Shown: in pieces, positions 52,991 to 64,000 of the stretch
Position numbering within the stretch: the stretch's first letter is position 1
Layout of the letters: each line of letters starts with the position of its first letter
Assembly (NCBI GenBank): GCA_044892525.1
Contig: CM097885.1
Coordinates: 35,714,001-35,778,000, forward strand
DNA length: 64,000 nt
Reading direction: 5' to 3'
DNA from: Schmidtea polychroa
Taxonomy: Eukaryota
The notes under the pieces: model-generated
Told to the model about the DNA's origin: nothing
The model's input: only the letters and a program-made list of their open reading frames with translations
Database searches by the model: none
Translations under genes and position numbers: made by a program

Positions 52991-53717
52991 CGTGTTTCTC
53001 CGAAATTAGGCCCTAACTCAATTTTTTTAAAAAAATTAAATTGTAGCCCTAACACCGAAATTAAGCCCTAGTAAATATTAAATAAAATTTCAGTTCGTTA
53101 TATATTGTTAAAAATTAAAAACATAGTTATATTAATATTTATAACTATTTGATAAAATTGAATAAATTTACAAAGCATATTTACAAAGTTTGGATATTGG
53201 CATAAATAAGCCATTTAAGAATTATCTTCGGGAGGAAATTAAGATCTATATTGAAACCAAAAGAGAACGAAATGTGAAAGGTAATTATCTCAAACCTAAA
53301 TTACAGGATGTTGTTGGTTGGGTAAAAGCAGCTTGGAGTAAAATCACAAATGAATTCGTTTTCAACTTTTTACGTGTCGATTATTTGGACAGATCCTTTT
53401 CATTAGAGACTTCAGCAATTGCTAAACATGAACGTTTGGTCCGTTAATTTTAAGGGAGTTAGAATCACAAACAAGACCTGCTGATTTTTCAATTTTAAAT
53501 GATCAAGACAATGTTTTAAAAGAAGATGATATGGTTGTACTAAAATAAAAACATTATAATTGATTAAATTTTTATTTTGAATATTTGTATAATTTTTAAA
53601 ACTTTATTTTTATTCCAAAAATAGAAACCTCCCGAAATTAAGTCTCAAGTGTAGTTTCGCCAATTTTTTTCTAAAAAATTATATTTAAGTCCGGGGCTTA
53701 ATTTCGGAGAAACACGG
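52990..53717 (+). mobile_element. pogo/Tigger-like deletion derivative
   Basis: TA-CCGTGTTTCTCCGAAATTA..TAATTTCGGAGAAACACGG-TA; DDE_1 fragment YLQSLDIGINKPFKNYLR..VVGWVKAAW. Confidence 0.9.
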
Positions 53718-53742
53718 TAATAATAATAATGATTATTATTAA

Positions 53743-53833
<91 letters not shown>
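53718..53833 (+). repeat. (AAT)n/(ATT)n microsatellite
   Basis: Read directly from the sequence. Confidence 0.9.
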
Positions 53834-53835
<2 letters not shown>

Positions 53836-54399
53836 ATAAATAGTCAAATATAAATAGCAACAATTTAATTATAAGAAAGCACCACTCAAATATTCGTCTT
53901 AGGATATATTTCGACAGTTTTCTTGTTGATACACGTAGAATAGAATAACTGTAGAAATTATAGATTTTTGAACAAGTTTATTAATTATATTAATTATTTA
54001 ATATTTTTAATAGAAATATTTTATTCTTTAAAAATTATAAAAATCATAATTTAAATAATAAATCATTTTTTAAATAGTAGCAATTAAAAAAAAGAAATTT
54101 AAAAATATTGAAATTTCAAATTATTTAATTTAATAATTTAATAATTATTTAATTTAACAACAACAATCAATATATATAATATATAAAAAATTATTTAAAA
54201 AACATTTAAAACACAAGTATTCACTGCATTTTGCAGGCTAATTTTCGAATCCAATGACTTATCAATAGGCATTAACTATTAACTATTTCACTATTAATTC
54301 ACGAAATACATCCTAAATTCAACATTTTTATCCGAAAAGCCTCAAATCTAAAAATCACACTACGTTTACTTTTTAAATACATAATACATAAATACATAA

Positions 54400-54860
54400 A
54401 CTATTTTGAATAAATATAACAGCATTTAAAATTTTTTATTTAGACTTCGTAATATTGCCATTTGAATTTGAAATATATTCAGTTGCAAACATTCTTCCAG
54501 AAATTCAATAAAGGAAGAAGAATTTAAAGAAGAATTTTTTCATTAGAAATCAACTCCGGTAAACAAATATTTCCACCTCTGTTTGCAGGTACAATCAAAT
54601 TCACAGGAACCTTTATTGGGGAATAACCGTACTTTTTAGAAGTATGAAGGTTGAATCCTGTTTCATCTAAATACAAAAAAGAAGAATTTGGTAACTCACG
54701 TTATTTTAAAGCAATTTTTTCGTTTCGCCGTAACCTTAAGAGAAACAGGTTTATCCGATATTTTTCTTAATCTCTTTCTTGTTAAATCTAGTTTCTTATA
54801 ATATAACGAAATGGAGGATTGAGACAAACAATTACGCTCAGATAATGGAAACTGCTAGTT
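54400..54860 (-). pseudogene. Tc1/IS630-like transposase remnant
   Basis: FLYLDETGFNLHTSKKYGYSP...VPANRGGNI. Confidence 0.7.
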
Positions 54861-55385
54861 CGCAATTGAATATTCAAACAACCGAAAATAGGAGAGTCGT
54901 ATTCAATGAAATGTATTGAAACAAAATCTACTCGACTTGCTTATGAAGAGATTGATAAAACTGATAATGATAATTATGTTTTACCTATTATTCTTATGTT
55001 CCTACATTTATATTCAATGTTTTGCATTATGCAAATATAAAATTGCAGTCTGCTATTAGTTGCTAGTATGCAACTAGATCATGAAAACTGTTTATATACT
55101 ACGTTCACAGCTAGCTATATAACCAGCAGAAATATATGTACATTAAGTATCAGTTGAACGAATATAATTATAATTGAACTTTAGACTGGATATTTATTGT
55201 CTATATCCAATAAGCTTTAGCTGCTGTACATTTACTACATAAAACCACCAATTCTATCGACAAACTTACCATATTGTCTACCAACGAATTATTTGTTCGT
55301 TTAAGTTGTCCATTTGCAGCTTCCAATCAACTTTCTTGGTCTCGAAAAATAGTTCAGCAAATTTAATGAAATATTTACTACTTAA

Positions 55386-55458
55386 CCGTTTGCGGACAGA
55401 ATAAGCTATCGTATAAGCCATTTAAGGCCAGCATTGTTGGCCTACCGTTCGCAAACGG
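55386..55458. mobile_element. 73-bp TTAA-flanked piggyBac-like mini-MITE
   Basis: TTAA-CCGTTTGCGGAC...GTTCGCAAACGG-TTAA. Confidence 0.65.
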
Positions 55459-55627
55459 TTAATATTTGCCTTGATTATAACACACTTATTACAAGTTCAA
55501 CTTATCCTATATTTTATCTGTAATTTTTTTAAAAAATTGTTATCACTCATCATGAACAGTTAATCTAAATGTAGTTTAAAATAAAGGAAACTTTTTTAAA
55601 TGTCGGACGAATTAACAATCTTATTAA

Positions 55628-55692
55628 CACGTTGACGGACACTTGCGTCTATAGCCGTCATATATCACTTGTTTCTACTGTCCGTCAATGTG
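55628..55692. mobile_element. 65-bp TTAA-flanked piggyBac-like mini-MITE
   Basis: TTAA-CACGTTGACGGACA...TGTCCGTCAATGTG-TTAA. Confidence 0.65.
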
Positions 55693-56056
55693 TTAACATA
55701 AATATTTCGTTCAATGATTTATTTAATTTATATCAAAAAATTCAACACTTTAAAAAGGAAAGAAAATATATTTTGCTTGAGTGTTTAATTTCTATTTTAT
55801 TAAATCGTAAAATCAAAATTTTCATATGTCATTGATTAGTAAACCATATAATATTACTTTAAAATAGATATATAATATCGTTGGTACTTGAATTCAGTAA
55901 TCAATGAGGCAGAAAAAGATGAGATAATTACAATATTGCAAACTTCATCACTGACCTTTGTATTGAACACTTAGTCCATTTCACAGTCATTGTATTAGCA
56001 TTTTATATTCAAAATGTTTTTTACTAAAAAATAACTTTTCTATTAAAATACAAAAT

Positions 56057-57013
56057 TTACATGGCTATTTGCCCCACAATAAATATGTGCCACCTGTTAT
56101 ATAAATCGACTTTGTTTTGACAGAAATTTGACCAAGCCAATTTAGAAGTTATACTAGTAAACTTGTCTACACTAAAAACAACATAAAGAACACTGTTCCC
56201 AGAGATGAATTTAAGTGATTGAATTTGTATGTCTTTCTTGCTGTTTGGAATAATTTGAATACAAACTCCAGATTCTTTCATGCTCGCATCTTTAGTTTGT
56301 AAAGAAAATGATACATGGAGTAAATTGTCATTTGTGAATTTGAATTTTTCGGAAACTTCAGACGATATCATTTTATTTCCAAATCCAAAAAATACAACTT
56401 TAATATAACCCCTTGCAACAAATAAATTAATATTTGTCATTCGTTGAATATATACATCTAATCTAGACATTGTTGAGTCTAATTTAAAAGTTAATGCAAT
56501 TTTAGGGTCTGAAGAACATACACTGCCACTAGAAATATTGCTAGTTTGTCTATTGAGCAATTTAGAAGTTTGATTTTCATTTACATTCATGTAATCAACC
56601 TGTTCTTCTGTTAGATGAAGAATATTTCTAGAAACGACAGAAGTAAGATCCAAGTAATCCAATGCCTGGTAATTATCAGCTATTTTAATTTTTTTTATTA
56701 AAGATTGATGAGAAATGAGTTCAACAATGAGGCCCATAGTTCCAATTTGGGCAGCCTCTAAATTTTCAAAAATCAAACTTTCTTCAAACATAAAATATAA
56801 CGAATTTTTGTGTTGGATTTTTCTACCTGTTGATAATGAAATTTTCTTGGGTAGTAAAGTGAACATTAGACTTGCTTTGTTAATCAAAGGACAATTTGCA
56901 TTTACAAGAAGTTTGCTTACACAAATAATTAATTTCTTTCTTCTATGGTCATATTTAAGATACAAATCTGCTGTAGCAACATAATCAGTCATTATTTTTT
57001 TATAACTAAACAT
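56057..57013 (-). CDS. Divergent tandem-C2-domain protein (synaptotagmin-14/16-like)
   Basis: Uninterrupted 318-aa ORF. C2A-like LYLKYDHRRKKLIICV..LLPKK..FEESLIFEN; Ser-rich linker; C2B-like PKIALTFKLDSTMSRLDVYI..YIKV; C-terminal W..RWH. Confidence 0.6.
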   Translation of the reverse strand: MFSYKKIMTDYVATADLYLKYDHRRKKLIICVSKLLVNANCPLINKASLMFTLLPKKISLSTGRKIQHKNSLYFMFEESLIFENLEAAQIGTMGLIVELISHQSLIKKIKIADNYQALDYLDLTSVVSRNILHLTEEQVDYMNVNENQTSKLLNRQTSNISSGSVCSSDPKIALTFKLDSTMSRLDVYIQRMTNINLFVARGYIKVVFFGFGNKMISSEVSEKFKFTNDNLLHVSFSLQTKDASMKESGVCIQIIPNSKKDIQIQSLKFISGNSVLYVVFSVDKFTSITSKLAWSNFCQNKVDLYNRWHIFIVGQIAM

Positions 57014-58847
57014 TCAGTTCAGTCATCTGTAAAGTTTTCACTTAGTTACAAAGGTATTTTAAATTTCTCAATAAATAAAGATATATTTTTCTGGAATATT
57101 ATTAATCAAAATAAAATATTAAAATGTTAACTTAGATATAATTAAAAAATAATGACTTTCGTTTGTTTTAATATCTAGATTTTATTAATAAAATTGTAAA
57201 GTTTTAAATTTGGAATTTGCAACTGATTTTTTTGCAATTTCAATTTTGTCATCAGATTCCTATATTGGCTTAAAGAAAACATCTTTAAATCGGCATGTTT
57301 ACTGACAATCTGGCACACTTACATTTTAAACCACGAAATTCACTGAATCCTAGAATTTCTAGAATAAATCCATTCCAGGATGATTCAATAGGTAATTTTT
57401 TATTAATTTCATTTTCAATTTATATTATTTTGCTTCTCACAAGCTCAGAAGAATATCCATCACTTGGTTTGACTCGAACAATAAGTAATAACCTATTAGT
57501 TGAAGATCATTTCAACGAACCTTTGGTAATTCGCATATTTATTATTTCAGTACATTTTCATAAAATTTGATTATTTCAAATTTAATAATTTTCTATTTTT
57601 TAATATTATTTAATTAATAAGAATCGAAATCTCTTAATTTGATAATTATCAAATTAATTTGTCTAAACTAATTTTCATTAAAAAATTACTTTAATAATAA
57701 TAATATTTAATAAACATTTACGTAACTGTAAAATGTTTTTTACTTTTGAAATATCACTTATATTTCATAATTTAAACTGATAAAACATTTTAATTGCTAT
57801 GAAAAATGTATGTGTGTGTTTAAACATTCGCTGCAATTTCTAAAGGTAGTGTAGTTTCGAGTTCATTTGACTCACTTTAGGTCAATATAATAAACTTAAT
57901 TCCATCCAGGGTTGAATCCAGTGAATTGGCAACCAGGCTTGAGAACCTAACCACTTCACTAATAAACAACATAGGATGGCACACTTTTACCATTCATATA
58001 TCAAATTTAGAGATACTTTTGATATTTCAAAAATTAAACGCACAATGAACCCATTATCTTTGTGTCAAACATTAATAAAGTATCTAATAACATTCGACTG
58101 TTGTAAGTTACAATATATCGAATCAATTGGTTGATAGATGGCTAATGTTTACCAACAAGGGAAAGGAGTTAAATTCACGCCTGATGTATTACTTTCACGA
58201 GATTAGTATATTCTTACATAAAATTGGACTTTATGAAAGAAAACTTAATCAGAAAACATTCTCCTGTTTCTCGTCTGTATAGAGATAATGAATTATTCGC
58301 TTATACTGTAAAATCTTGATTGCTACCTGAAGTGTCCTTGTTCTCAAAAGACTAATAGTTTAAACCTCATCATCATTTCAAACAGTTTTCAGTAGGTCGT
58401 GGATTAAAATTAGATTGAAGACGTCAAATATGGAACTTAAGGGTTATTGGATATACAATTAAGTTTTCACTATTACCAATAATATATTTGGCCAATTCTA
58501 ATATTGTTAGTTTTTATAAAGATAATTATTGTTTTAATGCTTCAATTCAATTAAATTTGCAGTTATTGAATGTTCTTATTTGAATTTTATGGCATGAATG
58601 TCAAATGGATTAATGATCAAGAAATCATTTAGTTGCTTTAAACAATAACTACTTATTAACACACATAAATGGAAAAAGCACAGTGACTGCATCTAAAATA
58701 TAAAGATATTGGGAAGATGATACGAGCAAGCTAATAGTAAAACTTTGAAAACAGAGAAGAAATTCAAACACAAGTGTTACCCAAGATTTTCACAAATTAC
58801 TAATTTAATCGAAACTATTCTTAATTTTTTTGGTTGATGCTTTAAGT

Positions 58848-60719
58848 CAGTGATTCTCAACCGCCGGGTCGCGACCCGGTACCGGGTCGTGGAAGATTTT
58901 GTGGGGGTCGTGAGCAAATTTGAAAAAATTTTTATTTAATGCTAATTTTTTACAATTAATCAATAAATATAATTTTAAAATTGCTAAAAATTAATCAAGT
59001 TTTTAATAATCTAAAATTATTTTAATAATATAAAATTATATCATTATAATGAAAATTAAAAATTAATAAAGTTTAAAATTTTGTTTAAAATACTTCAGTT
59101 CAGTTTTCTATCGCAAACGTGAATCATTTCTTTTTAAGTATTTTGAGAATTTCACCAAAAAATGTTTATTGTTGCATAATTGTAAAAAAAAACTTTTTCC
59201 AATCCTAAAATGAAACGTAAAAGAAGACAAGCAACATTAAACAATTTTGTTATAAAGGTTAACAATAACAATTCAACAGCTGTTGAAAACAATGATGAAG
59301 AAGAAGTTCAGTATCCACCCGAATAAAAGAAGAGGTCAAGTTTTGTTCGCAAATACAACATTACTTTTTTAAGATTTGGATTTATTTCTTGGCCTGGATC
59401 AGATGCAAGTTGTCCCAAACCACAATGTATCATTTGTGGGGAAGTTCTGTCCAATGAAAGCATGAAAGCAAATAATTTATCACGACATTTGAACTCAAAA
59501 CACAAAGAATTGGAATCACAACCAATTGATTTCTTTGAGAGAAAAGCTTCTGAGATAAAAAGCCAAAAAAATTCATTTCAAAAGTCCCTTTTAGCCAACA
59601 AATCACTTTTAAAGGCTTCTTATTTGGTTGCTTTTCGAATTACCGAATGTAAAAAAGCATTTTCAATTGCTGAAAAACTAATAAAACCATGCTTGGTGGA
59701 TGTTTGTTCAGAGATTTTGGGTTTAAAAGCTGGTGACAAAATGAAGGCCATTCCTTTATCCAATGACACAATTGGAAGAAGGATTGAGGAATTATCGGCA
59801 GATATTGAAGATCAACTCATCGAAAAGGTCAAGAAGTCAGAGTCATTTGCAATCCAAATGGATGAGTCAACAGATGTTACAAACAAAGCAGTTCTTTTAT
59901 GTCATGTTAGATATGTTGATTATGACAGCAGTGACCTCAAAGAAGACCTTTTGTGTTGCAGTGAGATTCCCTCTTACACAACCAGTTCAGAAATCTTCCG
60001 CATCATTGATGAATATGCCAAAAAAAATTCTTTGAACTGGAAATTGTGCATTGGATTGTGTACAGATGGTGCAGCAAACATGGTTGGCAGACTTTCAGGT
60101 GTAAGAACAAGAATCCAAGAAGTTGCTGGTGATACATTTAAATTTACTCACTGTGTTATTCACCGTGAGCATTTAGCAGCAAAAAAAATGTCTCCCGAAT
60201 TACATGAAGTTCTTTCAGTTTCAATTCAGATTGTTAATTTCATCAAGAGCAACGCACTCAATTCCCGATTGTTCACAATTCTGTGTGATGAAATGGATTC
60301 AGGAAATTCGCAGTTGCTACTTCACGCTGAAGTGCGCTGGCTTTCCAGAGGGAGAGTTCTTACAAGGATCTACGAGTTGCGAGATGATTTTCAGCAATGT
60401 CAATTATTAAAACGAAGCAAAGAAACAGGTTATTTACTGGCCCTGCTTTGCGACTTGCTATCACTTCTTTAAAACCAAGAATAGACAAACTGGTACGAGA
60501 GAAAGAGCAACAACAATCACACTAATTTATAAAATTATGTTTCTAATTGTTTTGATTTCGTTATTGTTGATCCTTTTATAATAAATATTTTGTTCATCTG
60601 TTAACTTTTTTTTAAATTATTAATTTTGTTAGATTGTAAAGTCAAACTGAATTTACGGGTCGTGAAAAAAAATTGAGATTATTTACGGTCCGTACTGCTT
60701 TTTGGGTTGAGAAACACTG
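58848..60719 (+). mobile_element. hAT (Buster/ZBED5-like) element with an internal deletion
   Basis: CAGTGATTCTCAACC..GGTTGAGAAACACTG termini; 8-bp TSD CTTTAAGT. Confidence 0.95.
59210..60526 (+). pseudogene. Buster-type hAT transposase, truncated
   Basis: PQCIICGEVLSNESMK BED finger; IPLSNDTI; QMDESTD; CTDGAANM; HCVIHREHL; EVRWLSRG. Jumps out of frame to the C-terminal FSAMSIIKTKQRNRL..QSH*. Stop at ~59324. Confidence 0.9.
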
Positions 60720-60984
60720 CTTTAAGTCATTCGCAATTGATAATGTTTTAATGGACAAAAATCTTTCATTTTGAAGAAAGTGTTTTCTGAAAAATAGATT
60801 ATCAAATCTGGGAAATAATATGCAAATATTGAAAATTAAATTGGCACCGGGATTAATTGATTGTCGGAAAATAAAAAAACAACTGAAAATATCAACTAAT
60901 TAATACATCTTTAATTCAATTTTTTTCAACAGTAAGAAATATTATAAGTAAAATTTTTTCTGATTTAAATTTTCTGATTAAAGC

Positions 60985-62024
60985 CGGAGATATTGTTGAA
61001 ATTGATGGTACTCCGAGGAGGGGTGAATATAAAACAGTAAATGCAGAAACACGGCTGAGAATTTTAACGCAATATCAGAATGGAAATGATGCGAATTTTA
61101 TATCTAAATACGAGTCCATTCCCATTTCAACTATAAGAAATATTTTATCGGTCTTCAAAAACACGGGAAGAATGGTCCCATTGCCAAAGGGTGGAGCAAA
61201 AAATGTAAAATTGGGCGAAGAGCAGAAACAATACATAAGAAATCTGGTGGATGAAGATTGTATGATATCTTTGCGCAAACTCAAACACAAAGTCGCAGAA
61301 CGATTTAGCATAACGGTGTCGGAATCAACTATTTTCTATTGTTTGAAAAAATTGCACTATTCAATGAAAAGGATTTCGCTTATTCCCACCCGACGCAATG
61401 ACGAACAATCGATTGTTGCGAGAAGACTGTATGCATCAAAATTTATGGAAATCGAGGAAACATTATGGTTGAGATATTTATTACTTGGATGAAGTTGGTT
61501 TCAATGTGTCACTATGATTCAAACGTGGTAGGTCTACAGTAGGAAATCCGGCGGTATTAAATGTGCCCAATATTAGGTCTAAATATCTTTCTGTTTGCTG
61601 TGTGATGACAAGAAATGGCGTTAAATTTTGGAAAGTAAATCATAATCCGTACAACACTGAATCATTTATTGGATACATCGACGGGTTTGCTGATTTTATT
61701 CTCGAAGAAAATATTAGAAATTCAATATTAATAATGGACAACGTTGCATTTCACAAGAGTGCACGTATTAGGAATTTATGCGCTGATCGAAATATTGACA
61801 TTGAATTTCTACCTCCGTACTCCCCCTTCCTCAATCCAATTGAGAATCTATTTGCCAAGTGGAAGGAATTTGTAAGAAGGAGTAATCCGATGAGTGAAAA
61901 TGACTTGTTACTTGCTATGGAAGAAGGATTGAGGACAATAGCGGAAAACGATTGCGAGGGATATTATCGAAATATGAGGAAATATATTCGGCTTTCGATT
62001 CAGGGATTAAGTATTGTTGATTAA
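60985..62024 (+). pseudogene. Tc1/IS630-like DD34E transposase (frameshift at ~61465)
   Basis: HTH region; LDEVGFN; IMDNVAFH, 34 aa, then LNPIE (FLPPYSPFLNPIENLF). Confidence 0.88.
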
Positions 62025-62176
62025 AATGTTGACGTTTTCGATTTATGTAAAACTTTTAAACTACGTGTAAATGTAATCTAAACCAAATTGATTTGACTAC
62101 AAACCAAATTGAATAGAAATTGATTTGAAAAAATATAAATAAAACCAAATTGATTTGAAAAAAAACCAAATAGACT

Positions 62177-63904
62177 TCAAAACCCTGTAAAGTAAGATGT
62201 TAAAAGGCTTAATATGTCCAAGCTCTTGTCGTTCAATGACGATAGAATTTTAGTTGCGAATTTACCACATCCTGAGAAAACTCGTTCAGATTTCACACTA
62301 GCAAACGGAATTGAATTCAAATCGTTGTAGCATCTTTCGAGATTTGGTTCCCACGTTCCCTTCATTAAGCCACGACTACAAAATGATTCACATGCCAATT
62401 TTATAGGTTCAAGTGTTTCAATCAAATTACAAATTACTTTTAATTCATTCTCGTCAAATGACACAGTTGATCCAACATCGATTAATGATTTCAAAATACA
62501 ATTCTTTACTTGATAAAATCGTTGCAACATAAAGAAAAGACTGTTCCAACATGTATTAACACCGAAGATTGAAGATCGCTGCCAAATTGTTCCTTGATTT
62601 GTTTCTACAGAATTTCGTTTTTTGTCGGTGATTTTCGGAACAATTTTACTGCAGTTCTTATTTTTTGGACCAATGGATGCAAGTTATCCGCCAACTCCAG
62701 CTCTTCTTCTTCACTAACATTTGAAATCCTTCATCTTCATCTCTATCCTCCCATTCACTGTCAGCATTATCTCCAGATACTTCCTTTGATGCAGATTTAG
62801 GTTTTTGTAGAGCACATATAAGATTGCTAGGTGCACGGCATATTGACGTGATGACAACCATCACGCGCTATCATACGGGCCAGTACTGCTTCAAGAAAGT
62901 TATCACGAATGACAATACTTTGCGATTGAGCGTTTTACTCATTGGATTTCCTAGATTGCTTCGCTTTGCTGGTGGTTCTGCATTTGCCGAGGGGGCCTCT
63001 TCATCTTTATATTGGAGTGCATTGATGACAAGTGCGTGTGAAAACAACTTGTTGATTTTACAGGTATCTTCAATATTTTGACATATTTTGCATTTGCTAA
63101 ACTCTCCTGACACTTCACGTAAGAAGTACTTCCAATTTGGTGTTTTTTCAATCGCAGTTTGCCTGCACTCATTAAAAATCAATTTTTTATTTTCAGATAT
63201 GGGTGTGAACTATAAATTTTAATTAAAAAAGTATTTTAATCGAATTTATATCAATTACTTTACCGATAATATGAATCTTCAATTGTACAACATTCGAAAT
63301 AATTCATTCAATTCAGTCCAAATTTGAAATTATGTTTGTAAATCCATTTTCTACTTGGGACGATATTTTTTATTAAAAACTGAGTTTGCAGAAGACTTAG
63401 CTGACATGCAACACATTTATTTTCACAACGAGCTAGATTGTTTGTAACATTAAACAGGTACATAAGTATTCATACATTTATTTATTTTACGGGTGTATGT
63501 AGTTGTGAAAAGTAAGTGAAAAATTATTTTTTTGACATCAGCTAAGATGAAAATAGAGACAGTCAAAAGGTAAAGAAATTAACAAAATATTTAGTAAGCC
63601 TCTATAAAGGAGTTACAAATATGATTCTATAATCAAGATCAAATTTAAATATTATTTAAAAAATTTTGAATTTTTATTCAATTATCTATGACGTTTTATT
63701 CTGAGCAATTGGGTGATAATAATAAATAATCGATACCAACACCGAAATACCGGGATTGTCAAAATCTCAATACCGGTATTAGGGTATTAGAAAAAAGTCC
63801 GAGATAATGGGATACCTGTGGGGATCGCAATCCCGGAGCCTTTTTTATCAGCGAGGTATTTCGGGATTGCTTTTTGTTGATCCCAGGATCCCGGGATTAA
63901 CCTA
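62177..63904 (-). mobile_element. Degenerate hAT (Ac-like, BED finger) element
   Basis: WKYFL..SKCKIC BED remnant, CIHWSKK..IVRKSPTKN, TCWNSLFFMLQRF, SVKSERVFS. Terminus TAGGTTAATCCCGG with CGGGAT/CCGGTAT subterminal repeats. Confidence 0.8.
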
Positions 63905-64000
63905 ATAGAATTTTGTTATTATTTATTTGGAGAAACTGAAAAATTTTACAAAATTTAATTTTAAAATTTTTTTTATTTAGAAAAAAAGAAAAAGAAAACA

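Noticed and set aside
57895..57965. tRNA/SINE-like A- and B-box pattern on the minus strand
   Set aside because: No cloverleaf can be folded and the boxes are degenerate; at most an old SINE.
62078..62172. AAACCAAATTGA repeats as a CRISPR-like array
   Set aside because: Short, irregular repeats at a transposon end in eukaryotic DNA, with no unique spacers or cas genes.

Overview
AT-rich eukaryotic DNA, probably animal, that is mostly nested mobile elements. No database searches were run; family calls come from recognised motifs. The centrepiece is a 13.5-kb Polinton/Maverick (adintovirus-type) endogenous virus at 3687-17174. It has ~265-bp TIRs and a 6-bp TSD (TACAAC), and sits in the protease gene of a Ty3/Gypsy retrotransposon. 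It encodes major capsid, a PLA2-integrase fusion, packaging ATPase, an adenovirus pX-like protein, adenain protease, penton, a fibre-like protein, a membrane protein, an HTH protein and protein-primed PolB. Several of these genes carry stops or frameshifts. Unusual points: each TIR is bracketed by an inverted copy of the viral terminus; PLA2 is fused to integrase while the pX-like domain is a separate gene; nearly every gene starts with a TAAA(A)nATG motif; and an hAT insertion in PolB is flanked by a ~75-bp fold-back of target DNA. The rest of the window holds a probable 1.96-kb solo LTR, many hAT, piggyBac, Tc1/mariner and pogo remnants or MITEs, and an intact Merlin transposon. It also holds a 3.7-kb palindromic Penelope insertion with candidate minimal hammerhead ribozymes, AAT microsatellites, an actin pseudogene, and two host genes (NKAPD1-like with a 38-nt intron; a divergent tandem-C2 synaptotagmin-14/16-like gene).
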